Assembly: GCA_051294375.1 (NCBI GenBank) | Contig: CM119265.1 | Span: forward strand, 28,364,260-28,428,259 | Origin: Paraspadella gotoi | Taxonomy: Eukaryota; Animalia; Chaetognatha | Reading direction: 5' to 3' | DNA length: 64,000 nucleotides | In this document: positions 1-14,616 of the stretch, in pieces | Numbering within the stretch: position 1 is the stretch's first letter | Layout: each line of letters starts with the position of its first letter | Program-made: the position numbers and the translations under genes | Notes under the pieces: model-generated | Told to the model about the DNA's origin: nothing | The model's database searches: none | The model's input: only the letters and a program-made list of their open reading frames with translations

Positions 1-123
1 ATATTATACAATTGTCAAAACACATATGACGAACAATGCCAACTTACACAACTTTTTTTTATGTATTTTACTTTTTTCCCTTTTTCCCCCATTTTTAGTC
101 ACAAGATTATTTCTTCTCTGCCA

Positions 124-330
124 ACATCATCAAGCGTTAACAAGCTTTTCCTTTTTATTCCCTAACTCTCTTAGGATGGTGGTACCAAGCTTGCTCGGCT
201 GCTTACCTTAACTCCAATTGGCCGCTGAACAGAAGATGGCTTGATCACTTTGGTCTCTCACGGACGTTGATGAGGATTCGAAGACTGCGCCTTCACAAAG
301 CGTGACATGACTTACATGATTGGCCATCAC
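124..330. repeat. Dispersed repeat, second copy at ~18981-19170; possibly a non-LTR element 3' remnant
   Basis: Near-identical ~190 bp (catcaagcgttaacaagcttttcc...ttggccgctgaacagaagatggc) at both sites, each followed by (catga)-rich sequence. Confidence 0.6.
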
Positions 331-1086
331 ATGAGATTATGTGATTAGACATGACATGGAATTTCAGGATTTTACTTAACATTACATTACATAATGTGAC
401 CTGACATGACTTGAAAGTGATTATAGGATGTCATATACATGAGATGACTCGACTTTCCTTGACGTGACGACATGAGGTTACATGCAGGACTTAGGATGAA
501 TTGAAAATATATTTGACCTCAAATGATTTGGAAAATATGAAGATTATTCATCAAAAGATAAGACACAAATTTACTTGTGAAGAAGCTACCGAAATTCATG
601 CCTAATGACATGATGTAAGTCACAATATCACAATGTATGATGCAAAGAAAATAACTAATTGATCAAAGAGAAGATATGAAGAAGATTCGCTTTATCGTCT
701 TCGTCGTCATCCCTATCTCCAATTGTCGTCGTCGTCATCCCTATCTCCAATCACTGCTATTTTTTTTGAAAGAATCTTGACTTAATTTAAAAACTGCCGC
801 TTGACATTAAACTTGACAATAACATGACAACAAACTTGACAACAAATAATAACTGCAATCCTGTTTGTTTTTATCAATCGCCACACTTTTTTTGCTGTCT
901 GGTCAAAAATTGATTTTGAGGTATACAAATATATGTCAAAGTTCATATTTAATTATAATAAATAACGTTTGGCCAAATTTTTTTTATTATTATATTTTTG
1001 TCAATAATGTTTTGAACGTCTTGTTTCTTGAAATAAAAATTTCAAAGATGTTATAGGGCTCTGTTTTCTGTTCAGTAAACTTAAAA

Positions 1087-3403
1087 CTAAAAGAGATTAA
1101 AAACAATGATTATTGGGATAGAATACCAACAGAAGTAAAGAATGCTGTAATTTGTGTATGATTCATTATTTATTACGGCGAGAAATTTGTCAAGATAGAA
1201 TTTAATCTTTTTGGGTGAAGCCATCGAGTTCGCCCACTTAAAAAAGATTACGAATGTGGGTAACCATGGAATCTGACTAGACGAAGCTGGCACAGTCCTT
1301 AGAAAGCCGAGTGCTAAGTAGTCTTTAGCTATTTCATTATGGTAAGGCTTCATTGTTTTCATATTTCGGAAAAAGCGAAGGCTTAAAAAAATAATCAAAA
1401 ATCCGATCGTAAACACAAATTTTATGAGTCGACGTTTCCACAGAGGAACAAATAACTTTGTTAAAATAAAAAAAATCCATGTGATCAAAGGCGCTGATGA
1501 AATCAATAACAGAAAAAGTTGCGATTCGCAACTCAGAAAAAAATTATAAATCTGACTCTTGCAATGTACTGTTTTCATCCTCTGCGCACTGCAGAGATAA
1601 CTCAGTTTCTCCAAATTCATCCCATTAACATCTTTCACTGTTAACATGAGCGGCCCGGCAAAGATGAGGCACGTTATGACCCCTATCAAGCAAAGCAGCC
1701 GTTTTTCTCCGGGACGAAGCATTTTCCATTTTCTTTTACCAAATCCCTCAACGAATGACAGCACAAAAATAAAGGACATCAGGTATTCAGGATAATGAGT
1801 CCAAATCGTGAAACTTCGATACATATTTTGGCTTTTGGTAAACAAGGTTTTGTTATCCAAACTAACAAAGCATGACCTTCTTAGGCATGGAGAAACATCA
1901 TATTGACTCATCATTTCTTTGTGAACAAGAATGGCATTTAAATTTTGGCAAACCACCGCTAAAAAAAAACCAGACCCAATGAGATTCGTTGTCATTTGGG
2001 CCCAACTTTTTCTCTGAATAAAATGAACAGTGGAATAGAAAGTTCCAGAAACGACATCGGCCAATAAAAGGGTCAAAATGATACGCGAGTATGGGTTAAA
2101 TAAACCATAATTCCCAAGAAAATATACTGTATGTTTTTCTGCATACCTCAGTTGGGGATTGCTCATTTTAAAAAATTTACAGGAGGTAGCCAAGTGTGTT
2201 ATATTTAAATTGTCCCATATTTCTTTGTCTGCTAAACCCTTTGCTAAAAAACATCGACCATGGTTAGATTGAAAAGGAACTCGATAAAAAACTAATCTCG
2301 GAATTAAATGATTTTCAACTTTCTTGCCTTGGAAAAGTTTCCAATATGTTGCTCTTTTGTCATCGGAAAAAAGAAATGAAGCAAAAATAATTGACCATGA
2401 AATCATGAAGAGGAATTGAGCGAAGGATGATCTTTTTTTTTGGTGATGCTCTTTTCCAAATAAAAGACTTATAGCATTATCTTTAAGCTCGATAAAAGTA
2501 AAAATCCTGAAAATAACCAATGGAGTCAGAAGAGCAAGCCGAATTGGAGATCTCATTGCCCAAATATAAATGAAATAGATGCTAACTGTGACACCGACTA
2601 CTCCCTGGACAACGCCAGCCACGCCGGCAGGCGACAATAGGCTCTCGCGGGATTTAGTAGCGAACAAAGCCAAGCTGATTGTGGACAAGATAAAAGACAC
2701 TATTGTCTCAAAATTAGTAATTTTCCAACCGCATCCTCGGACACTTTTCCCATCGGTTATGATCTAAATTTTTTAAAAAGTTTAAATTTTAATTTTGATT
2801 TAAATTAGTAAATCTACAACTAACCTTGAGCTTGTTTGCTGGTGTCAAACAGTTGCAGGGCTCCATGGTGTCAAATCCAGTTCCATCTTGGTTAATTTGA
2901 AACAATGTAGGTTTCGCTACTGCATCGATTAGGCATTGCTTATTGGTGCCACTCGTCAATGCTAAGACAATAGCAGCCGCCTGAAGCATGACCTGCGGAA
3001 ATGTCTCTAGCCAAAAATTGAGACGTTCAAGAGATAGAATACTGCAAGACTTTGTCTCCAATGTTGATGGTAAGATTTCAGGATGAAGGTCGTCAAGATG
3101 TTTATCAACAATTAGAACAACATTGCCCAGACCCAAGATGGTCATGATCACGGTCAGCAAATTCATCCAATTGTTGCAAAACGGACGCGAGTACAACGGA
3201 GAATCGTCAATAAAAATTCGCCAAATCCGATAACCAGAAACAATGCTGTGTATCGTCAGGACAAAGGCCATTGCAAAGCCAAGATAACGCTCTACATAGT
3301 AAGCCTTTTGACAAAATTGAATCATTGTTTTGAGATCGGTGACAACGTCAGCGATGTTCAGTGCAATGATGACCATCAGTGAAATATGTTGGAGTCTATG
3401 CAT
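1087..3403 (-). CDS. XK-related (Xkr scramblase-like) multipass membrane protein, ~751 aa; exons 3403-2825 and 2763-1087
   Basis: The 204 aa and 537 aa ORFs join in phase 0 across a 61-nt GTTAG...TTTAG intron (2824-2764). XK-like motifs ADVVTDL, LETFPQVMLQ (ExxPQxxLQ) and ILSTISL; many hydrophobic segments. Confidence 0.72.
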
Positions 3404-6116
3404 TGTGGTGACAAAGTTTTCTGTAAATGGAGAGAAAAGCGGAATTTAAGCTAAGAGGAGGAGGAATTTAAAATCTCAGTCCAACTCATACAAATCAAAG
3501 TTCCCAATATTTTATATCATTGTTTTACAATCAACTAATGAGATACTTAATGGTCATTTTAGTTTTTTTTTTTTTTTTTTGATAAAATACTAAAAAAAAC
3601 ATTTTTAGCACTATAAATTTAGTAATGTGCAGTCGCAACCAAAAATGATATATATTACTTGTAACGGTTCAATCGAGAACGAAAACAAGGACGAGAAAGC
3701 AAATATTGTTTCTGTTAATTATTTTCATAATGTCTGAGAAAGTAATATTCTATGTAATAATGATACAGCACAAAGCAGAGATGTGGACGCGGTCCGGAAC
3801 CCGTAAGCGAACACTGTGGAAGCGACCTATTTTTTAGGAACGCGAAACCGGGAGCGATAGAAAAATTGAGAATAAGGGATTTAACCCGGAAGCTATAATA
3901 ACCATGCGTGTTTGCTTCCTGATTATTTGTTTTTGTTTAGAAAAGAAGGGCATTTAATGTATTAAAACCTTTGCAAACCCCTGCCCTTTCTTTCTTTTTT
4001 CTTTTTCTTATTTCTCCTCCGTTTTTCTGAATTTTTCTTTTTGTAATTTGTTTTCAACATTGAAAATTTTTTGTTCTTATTTTTTTTATTCATTTTTTCT
4101 CATTCTCTTCTTTTATTTTTTTATTTCCTTTCTTTCTCTCTTCCTCTTGGGTCGAGCATCATTATAAAAAATTACATATTTTTTAACTTATTCTTTTGAA
4201 TATATTTTTGTATTTAAACGAAAAAAGTAAAAAAAAGAAGGAAAGAAAGAAAGAAAAAGAAAGAGAAAAATAAAAAAGAAGGAATAAAGAAAAAAAAATT
4301 AATATAAATATATATCATATGAAAAAGAAAGTAAGTAAAAAAAAAATGTAAAAACAAACATTAAAAACGTGAAGCGGGTTAAAATCTATTATTATTTTTT
4401 TTTTATTTTGAAATGATAAAAATCTTTAAAAACATTAAAAACAAAAACATTATATAAAAAGGTAAAGAAAACAAAAACATTAGAAAAACGTTAAAAGTGT
4501 AAAACAAAACGTTTTAAAACATTATCAGTGTATAATGCACAAAAAGTGTAAAATATATGCCCAAAAATAATGTATAATGTATAATTGTAATAATAAAATA
4601 ATGTATGAGTATAATTTGTTAGAGTAAAGGGCAGAGGGACCACGGCTCTAATAATTAATAATAGAAATAAAAAACTATCGTCACAAATCAACACATATTC
4701 AAAGGATGCAAATAAAACAAAAGGAGACGCTAATAAAAACAAAAGATGCTAATGAAAACAAAAAGAAACGCTAACAACAAAATTAAGACACTAATAAATA
4801 AACAAAAAACTACTTCATTTAGTTTAAGTAAAAAACAAGCAAAAATACATATAGTAGTATGATAAAATGTTATTTTAAATATGTTTAATTATAAATTAAA
4901 AGGTAATTTCAGTTTAATATAAACAGTTTGGATGTCAACCTTTTTGTCTGTGAAAAAAAATCTTTTTTCATTATCTTTAACTGGAAAAAAAAAAGCTTGA
5001 CTCACTGCTTGTTTATCATATTACATTTTTAAATAGATACAAATACAAACATATATTTTTTAAATTTTATTTTATTTTAGGCTTTTATCATTTTCTTTTT
5101 ATATAAAACATCTAATATTCTCAATTTGAGCAAAGCTTTACTTCTTTAAAGATTTTTCAAAAAATATTCGACTTGACCAATCGTCATTCAGAATTTTAGT
5201 TTTGCATCAAAAATAAAGATATCAAAAAAACGAAAAATATCATATTGTTTCAAAATCAAATATCAATATCGAAAATCTGATATTTTTCAAAATGCAAAAT
5301 TTTGATTCATATTCTAGATCTAAAATTCCGAACACAAAAATGTTTTTTTCAAAATTGAATTATTCTATCTTGGTCAATAATTAAAAATTTATTAAGCATA
5401 TTATTCTTGCATAATAAGCAGCCAAATTTATCATGCATATGAAAATCTATTGTTAAAGCTCATTCGTAGGGTAACCAAGACTCTTAACATAATGCTACTA
5501 CAATTTTTTGTAAGCATTTTTCTTCACTTTCTGTCAGATTTTTTCTCTTCCTAACCCTATTGCCCTTCTTGTGGGCGGTTGACACTCATGGAGACAGTAC
5601 CTTAGGTCTCCGAGTACCAAACGACAACTATAGCTAAAAGATTATGAATCAAATATAGCGATGACTGAAGTAAAAATGATCATAAGTAGGGTGGGAAGCA
5701 AATTAAGCTGCTGCTGCTGCTGCTGCTGCACCACAGATATTTTAGGATTTTTTCCGCGCAAACTGATGACGCCACCGCTGAAATCAGGATTCCACACGAA
5801 AGACATCTTCGCCCAATGCTGCTATTATTTAAATTAAGGGATTGGAATTTTTGCATATGACAGACACTCTTCATCCACCGTCGGATTATTTTTTATGATC
5901 TCATTTGTTAAGCTTTTAGTCGCCTGACAGTTTTATGTTTCCTTCCATTAATAAAACAAACTTTTTTATTCTATTCACCTTTTTTTTCTTTTTACTCGAC
6001 TCAATAAGAATGTATTGATTTAGCTAGCGATTAAAAAAACGAAATTGTTAAGCGGAAAAAAAATTTATTAAAAAAACCACAGACAATAAAAAAAAAACCC
6101 TACCCTCTCTCCCTCC

Positions 6117-6535
6117 CCTCTCTCACCACCCTAAAACTCTTCCTCGCCCTCTTCTCCCCCACCTCCCAATCTCCTTCTCCCTCCCCACTCTCTCACAACC
6201 CTAAAACTCTTCCTCGCCTTCTTCTCCCCCACCTCCCAATCTCCTTCTCCCTCCCCACTCTCTCACCACCCTAAAACTCTTCCTCGCCTTCTTCTCCCCA
6301 CCTCCCAATCTCCTTCTCCCTCCCACTCTCTCACCACCCTAAAACTCTTCCTCGCCCTCTTCTCCCCCACCTCCCAATCTCCTTCTCCCTCCCCACTCTC
6401 TCACCACCCTAAAACTCTTCCTCGCCTTCTTCTCCCCCCACCTCCCAATCTCCTTCTCCCTCCCCACTCTCTCACCACCCTAAAACTCTTCCTCGCCCTC
6501 TTCTCCCCCACCTCCCAATCTCCTTCTCCCTCCCC
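6117..6535. repeat. 70-bp pyrimidine-rich minisatellite, ~6 copies
   Basis: Unit tctcaccaccctaaaactcttcctcgcc...ctccccactc recurs at 6121, 6191, 6261 and onward. Confidence 0.9.
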
Positions 6536-6616
6536 GCAACGCCAATCCCGCCACCGCCACTGAGCCGTTGCCACGACAACCGCGACCGCCGCTATCACGG
6601 CGAGGACGTATAACTT

Positions 6617-7335
6617 TATGAAATTGGTACAACCAATATAAAAATAATTCCATCCATTCAATAAATAAGCTATCTTGTCCCTGACTTATCTGGCGGTTTA
6701 AGGCCTCCATCACACTTGCAAGATAATAACATCACAGGTTTCTGCAAGCTTTTAATCAAGCCTCTCTCACAGACTTGTTTATTCACTCTCAGTGAACCTG
6801 GCTTCCCTATCAATGAAGTGGTATAATATTTCAAAGAATGTTTCAATTGTATGAAAAGACCACTCCCTTAAGTAACTTTATATAACTTTATATCAAGCTA
6901 CGTCACAAACTTTCCTACCCACACACAAACTCTCAACTCAATCTATCCATTCAATTATGATTAATTAGAGTAATTATTGGTTAAAATAAGTAAAAAGATT
7001 TTAGTAAATGCGACTTATGTTTTTTTCCATTGAAACTCATTTTACTCGCCCGATTTCATCACACACTTCTCTACCCACACACAAAATTTCATTCCAATCC
7101 AACCACCTAATCACGAGTTATTGGAGCTTTTTGCTAAGGTGAGACGGACGGACGGACAGACAGACACACAGACACACAGACAGACGGACGGACATCATTT
7201 TTTGCATAATTTATCATAATTCGATGTTCTGACATGATGTAAGTGATTGCCCGACAATATTGAAGGGGCGGACCTACGGACCGACAAAGTGAATTATAGA
7301 GTCGGGATCTGCTGAAAGCAGATCCGACTAAAAAA
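6617..7335 (+). mobile_element. Helentron-associated (HINE/DINE-1-like) non-autonomous element
   Basis: Core gaaattggtacaaccaat...cctggcttccctatcaat recurs at ~24612, ~28460 (reverse), ~31853 and ~43425. GACR microsatellite at 7141-7193; 3' hairpin agtcgggatctgc-tgaaa-gcagatccgact followed by an A run. Confidence 0.5.
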
Positions 7336-9014
7336 TAACCATTTTACCTTATTTTCCAAGAACGCTCTATTTCAGCTTAAATTTGGATTTAGGTTAATTT
7401 TTTGATTTAAAGACTACATTGGAGGTAAGGGTTAATGATTAGGTTTTTGATTATGTTACTGATTAAGGTTAATGATTAAAGTTAAAAATGAGACATATGG
7501 GTTTAGGATTAGGGTTTAGGTTATGGTTCAAGATTATGGTTAAGGATTAGGTTATAAATTTAAGTTTAAATTAATTTAAGTTAAAAATTAACAATAAAAT
7601 ACAATTTAGGGAACCGAGAGCCAGGAAGTAAAGGGCATTAATTTAGCAGAGTATTTCCCTGTAATTATTTTTGGTTGCTAAGAAAAGAGAAGACGAAAGA
7701 AAAAAGTGGTTAACGTTGGCAATCGTGATATTGGCTCTTGGCAATAGGATGTTTCTAAAACCTAAAAAGAAAAGTTTGCTAGATGACAACAGAATTAGTT
7801 GATTTATTATTTTTTTTTTTTAAATGAAGCTGTAAAAATTAAATATTAAAAAAAAGCGCTGCAGTTAAGCGGGGAAAAAACACAAGCATCTACCTTATAA
7901 CTGAGGTGGCCATTATTTTTGCTGAAGAAATTGCACTACTTTGGCGCCGATGTCTGGAACAGTCTCATATCCAACAGATTGTCATAATAGTCATTGTTTA
8001 TAATTACTGTAGCTTGCTATACGTCATACAACGATACAACTTTAAAATGATCAAAACATGAGCCACCTACTATGTCATCGTTTCCTCATCAATATCAGTA
8101 ATCAGTTATTTTCTTTCGCATTATGATAATTACCTTCATGAAAAGCACAGCTGTGATCAGGTTTTCATCAACAAATTGAAATAATCAACTAGTGCTTTAC
8201 ATGCCACAGGTTGTTCCTTATTCATTCATGCATTCATTTATTCATTCATTCATTCATTAAATTATTCATTCTTTCATTATCTTGAGAGTTAATAGGTAGA
8301 TTCATTCATTTACCAGTTTAGCCTCGGGAAAGTAAACAAATTTATGGAAGAAAATCATTGATTGCGTCTAAAGGTCACAGCTAATAATATATACTAGGAC
8401 TAAGCTCTGACGAACAAAGCAAGAGGTTTTTAAAATAATTTAGGATTTTTTCTTTGTGACGTCGTCGTCGTCGTCGGCGTCACGCTGTTTTTATATAAAA
8501 ACTACTATGCTTTTATAGTTTTGGCTGGGATTTTTTTTTTTAAATAAAACTGATTATGAATTACAATGAAGTTTTATAAAAGTGTGCGATCATAGTAAGT
8601 TAAAAATTTAGATATGGCTTCTCATCTTAAAATAGCTTTGATATTTTCATATTACATTTGGATTTAAGTATTTTTTGTTTGAATTTCCACTTCATTATGA
8701 TTTACTGCAATATACAAATGAGATAAAAGTACTCATTATAATATCCAAATTAGTATACAGAAATGCTTTAATCTAATTTACATATTGCAGTATATACTAT
8801 TGAAGATGAAATTCATAAAATTTTTTTTAAATCTATAATAAAAATGGGAAATCAAAAGACCTTTTTAATGAGAAGCTATATCTTAAATTTAATACAAATA
8901 AAAATAAAATCGTAAACAACCTATGATTGGAAAAAATTGTAACAATTTCCAATTGTAAACCATTGTAACATTTTTTGCCTTTCTTTTATTTATTTTTTAA
9001 TTATATATATTTTT

Positions 9015-9824
9015 TTGTCAGGCGCTGCCTTTTCTGAATCGTTTAAAAACGAGTTCAGGTTCTCTCTCCTTCTCTCTCAGTCTCTCTCTGTCTGTCTCTG
9101 TCTCTCTCTGTGTGCGTCTGTCTCTCTCTGTACGATCTCTTGCGTGATCGTTTGTTTTTTGAAAAATTCTGATTATTTTTTTCTTTCTAAAAAATATTTA
9201 TATTTGATCAGGCGCTGCCTTTTCTGAATCGTTTAAAAACGAGTTCAGGATCTATCTCTCCGTCTCTCTCCGTCTCTCTCTTGCATGATCGTTCGTTTTT
9301 TGAAAAATTCTGATTATATTTTTCTTTCTAAAAAAAAAATCAGGTGCTGCCTTTTCTGAATCGCTAAAAAACGAGTTCAGGTTCTCTCTTTTTATCTCTC
9401 TCTCTCTCTCTCTTTCTCTCTCCCCGTCTCTCTCCGTCTCTCTTCATCTCTCTCCTTCTCTCTTCGTCTCTCTCCGTCTCTCTCCGTCTCTTTCCGTCTC
9501 TCTCTGTCTCTCTATGTGTGTGTCTGTCTATCTCTATCTCTTGCGTGACCGTTCGTTTTTTGAAAAATTCTGATTATTTTTTTCTTTTTAAAAAAAAATT
9601 ATCAGGCGCTGCCTTTTCTGAATCGAGTTCAGGCTCTCTCTCTCTGTCTCCCTCCGTCTCCCTCCGTCTCTCTCTGTCTCTCTCTGTGTGTGTCTGTCTA
9701 TCTCTGTAAGATCTCTTGCGTGATCGTTGGTTTTTTGAAAAAGTCTGATTATTTTTAATCTTTCTAAAAAAATTTTTTTTGATGAGGCGCTGACTTTTCT
9801 GAATCGTTTAAAAACGAGTTCAGG

Positions 9825-9894
<70 letters not shown>

Positions 9895-12800
9895 ACTCTT
9901 ACTCTTACTCTTTCTCTTCTCTTTCTTCTTTCTTCTCTCTCTCTCTCTCCTGTTTTTTAGTCACTTTTTCTCTCTCTCTTCTGTCTCTCTCTCTCTTTAC
10001 GATCTCTTGCGTGATCGTTCGTTTTTGATTTATTTGTTTTCCTTCTAAAAACTTTTAATATCGCCATTTATAAAATATTTGGAATTCAAAAATATCATTG
10101 TGTCTTTCTCTCTCTGTGTGTCTCTCTCTCTGTCTCTCTCTGTCTCTCTCTCTCTCTGTGTGTGTGTCTGTCTCTCTCTGTATGATCTCTCCTAAAATAC
10201 AATAACTTACTTGACCTAGATTTCGTGGTCGTTGCGGGGCAACGGGTAAACAATGTCGAGGAACATGACCTAATAACGATGGCAACGGAAACGTTACGTG
10301 TATAAAAAAAATCTACATGACCCAATTTCACGCCGCCATTGCGAGGCAACGGAAAACCGATATAAACGAGAGAGACCTAATAATGCGTCTCGTTGGGGGG
10401 AAAACTCTCTCTCTCTCTCTCCCTTTCTCTCTCTCTCTTTTTTTTTTACAAAAAAAAATTGTATCCAGTTTTTTTTTGCTTTTCTTTTGTGAATCAGCAG
10501 GGCGCGAACCTGAGTCCTTTGGATTGGGAGTAGCTAGCGCTACCTCCGAGGCTACCGGACGAGTTCAGCTTCTCTCTCTCTCTTTTAATTATATGTCGCT
10601 CTCTCTCTCTCTCTCTCTTTTTCTCCGTCGCTGCTGCTTCTGATTCTGATTTGTGACGTAGTCGTCGTCGTCGTCGTCGTCGTCGTCGTTGTTGCTGTCG
10701 TCGTCGGCATACTTGCACTTGCATACTTTTTTTAACTTGCATAATTTTTTAAATTTGTATAATTTTTTCAACTTATATAATTTTTTTAATTTGCATAATT
10801 TTTTAAATTGCATAATTTTTTCAACTTGCATAATTTTTTCAACTTGCATAATTTTTTCAACTTGTATAATTTTTTCAACTTGCATAAATTTTTCAACTTG
10901 CATTATTTTTTAACTTTTATAATTTTTTCAACTTGCATAACTTTTTCAACTTGCATAATTTTTTCAACTTGTATAATTTTTTTAGCTCGCATAATTTTTA
11001 ATTTGCATAATTTTTTAAATTGCATAATTTTTTTCAACTTGCATAATTTTTTCAACTTGTATAATTNNNNNNNNNNNNNNNNNNNNNNNNNAGAGAGATT
11101 ATATTTTTTTTGTAGGCGCTGCCTTTTCTGAAATCGTTTAAAAAACGAGTTCAGGTTCTCGTCTCCTTCTCTCTCAGTGCTCTCTCTGTCTGTTCCTCTT
11201 CCTCCTCTCTGTGTGCGTCTGTCTCTCTTCTGTAACGATCTCTTGCGTGAGTCGTTCTTGGTTTTTTGAAAAAAATTCTGATTATTTTTTTCTTTCTAAA
11301 AAATATTTTATATTTGATCAGGCGCTTGCCTTTTCTGAATCGTTTAAAAAACGAGTTCAGGATCTATCTCTCCGTCTCTCTCCTCCTCCTCCAAGCATGA
11401 TCGTTCGTTTTTTTGAAAAATTCTGATTTATATTTTTCTTTCTAAAAAATAAAAATCAGGTGCTGCCTTTTTGAATCGCTAAAAAAACGAGTTCAGGTTC
11501 TCTCTTTTTATCTCTCTCTCTCTCTCTGGCTTCCTCTCTCCCCGTCTCTCTTCCGTCTCTCTTCATCTCTCTCCTTCTCTCTCGTCTCTCTCCACCGTCC
11601 TCTCCGTCTCTTTCCGTCTCTCTCTTGTCTCCTCTATGTGGTGTCTGTCTATTCTCTATCTTTGCGTGACCGTTTCGTTTTTGAAAAATTCGATTATTTT
11701 TTTCTTTTTAAAAAAATTACAAGGCGCTGCCTTTCTGAATCGAGTCCAGGCTCTCTCTCTCTGTCTGCCTCCGTCTCCCTCCGTCTCTTCCTGTCCTTCT
11801 GTGTGTGTCTGTCTATCTCTGTAAGATCTCTTGCGTTGATCGTTGGTTTTTTTGAAAAAGTCTGATTATTTTTTAATGCTTTCTAAAAAAAAATTTTTTG
11901 TGAGGCGCTGACTTTTCTGAATCGTTTAAAAAACGAGTTCAGGCTGCTCTCTCTCTCTCTTCTCATCTCTCATCTCTCTCTCTCTCTCTCCTCGTCTCTC
12001 TCTCTATCTTCCCTCTCTCTCTCACTCTTACTCTTTTACTCTTTCTCTCTCTCTTTCTCTTTCTCTCTCTCTTCTCTCCCTGTTTTTTTAGTCAGCTTTT
12101 TTCTCTTCTCTCTTTCTGTCTTTCCTCTCTCTTTAGATCTTCTTTGCGGTATCGGTTCGTTTTTTGATTATTTTTTCCTTCTTAAAAACTTTTAATATCG
12201 CATTTATAAAATATTTGGAAATTCAAAAATATCATTGTGTCTTTCTCATCTCTGTGTGTCTCTGCTCTCTGTCTCTCTCTGTTCTCTCTCTCTCTCTGTG
12301 TGTGTGTCTGTCTTCTCTCTGTATATCTCTCTCCTAAAACAATAACTGTACTTGACTCTAGATTCGTGGTCGTTGCGGGCAACTGTGGTCAACAATGTCG
12401 AGGAACATTGACCTAATAACGATTGGGCACGGTAAACGTTAGTGTATAAAAAAAATCTACAATGACCCAATTTCCACGCCGCCATTGCGAGGCACTGGAA
12501 AACCGATTAACGAGAGGAGACCTAGTAATGGCGTCTCGTTGGGGGGAAAACTCTCTCTCTCTTCTCTCCCTTTCTCTCTCTCTCTTTTTTTTTTTAAACA
12601 AAAAAAATTGTATCCAGTTTTTTTTTTGCGTTTTCTTTTGTGAATTCAAGCAGGGCGCGAACCTGGTCCTTTTGGATTGGGAGTACTTAGCGCTACCTCA
12701 GAGGCTACCGGACGAGTTTCAGGCCTTCTCTCTCTCTCTTTTAATTAATATGTCGCTCTCTCTCTCTTCTATCTCTCGTTTTTCTCCGTAGCTGCTGCTT

Positions 12801-14564
12801 CTGATTCTTGATTTGTGACGTAGGTCGTCGTTCGGTCGTCGTCGTCGTCGTCGTTGTTTGCTGTCGTCGTCGGCATAGCTGTGCACGTTGCATACTTTTT
12901 TTAACTTGCATAATTTTTTAAATTTGTATAATTTTTTCAACTTATATAATTTTTTTTTTGCATAATTTTTTAAAATTGCATAATTTTTTCTTCATATTCT
13001 TCGCATATAATTTTTTCAATCTGCTATTTTTCGCATTAAATTTTTCATAATTTTAACTTTTATAATTTTTCAACTTGCATAAACTTTTTCAACTTGCATA
13101 ATTTTTTTCACTTGTTAAATTTTTTTAGCTTCGCATAATTTTTAATTGCATAAATTTTTTATAATTGCCATAATTTTTTCACTTGCATAATTTTTTTTCA
13201 ATTTGTATTAATTTTTTTTAACTTGCATAATTTTTTCAAATTTGCATATTTTTTTCAACTTTGCATTATTTTTTACTCGATCACTTTTTCAACTTGCATA
13301 ATTTTTTTCAACTTGGCATAATTTTTTTTAACTTGCATAATTTTTTCAATTTGCTTAAATTTTTTTCAACTTGCATAATTTTTTCAACTTGTATTAATTT
13401 TTTTAACTTGCATTAATTTTTCATATTTGCATATTTTTTTCAACTTGCATTTATTTTTTAACCGCTCGCATCATTGTTTCGCAACTTGCATATTTTTTCA
13501 CCTTGCTATAATTTTTTTTACTTTCAATAATTTTTTCAAATTTGCTTAATTTTTTTAATTAGCATAATTTTTTCAATTTTGTTATAATTTTTAATCTTGG
13601 CATAATTTTTTCACTTGCATAATTTTTTCAACTTGCTAATTTTTCACTTGCAATTAAGATTATAGTACTTTTTCATATTAATTTGATAGTAAGTTGGGCG
13701 AGATCACTATACTTTTAAGATTTTTTTAATATATATCTGTATAACCGGCCAAGGTAAGAATGTGACAATATTGTTTAATATTATGTTTCAAAAATCCGAC
13801 CCATAAATATATGAAAAATATTAACAATCTTCGGAAAATCCATAAGAATTATTTTTCCAGAATCTACTCCGAGTTGAAACTCTGTAGAAATTCGCGATGG
13901 TTAGCTCCCTCTTGTTACTTTTACCTTTAAATAAAAGATTTCAGCAAAATGGACTAATTCACTTTCCCATGATCGTATCATATCAAATAATACGCTAATA
14001 AATGTAAGAAAAATTTTGAGAGCGCCGTTCTGGACACGTTTGCAAAGGATTCCAAAATTGGACGACATTTAGATTGAACAGGAACATACTCTAGTCGCGT
14101 TTATATTGTTTTCAAGGAAAGAAAAATCTCTTTCATTTCTTATATAAAATCAGAAATAGAAAATTTTTCCGTCCAGAAGTCAGTCTATTTGTTCTGGCTT
14201 GTTTGATATCAAAGATGTTGTATGAATTTGACAAGAGGAAAAAAAATTGCGAGCCCTTTCAGATGCAACAAGGATCGGAATAAGTGTTTTTTACATCGAA
14301 TTATTTTTACCAGAATTTTTAACCTAGGAGCGTTTATATTGTTTGGTAGTTCAGTATTCTTGAACGAAAATCTCCCATTGAAAAAGTCTTCCTCGATCTC
14401 TAAGAACGACGTAGACTTCTAGATATACCGTCGCTCAAAAACGCTTCCCCTTGGGGCAATAGAAGGGGCCGCCCCATGGGGGAATTCTTTTATAATCAGT
14501 TAAAGGTACTATTAAAAGCAATATACTTAAAGATAACCTTAAGGGCTACCGGAAGATCAAGATT

Positions 14565-14616
<52 letters not shown>

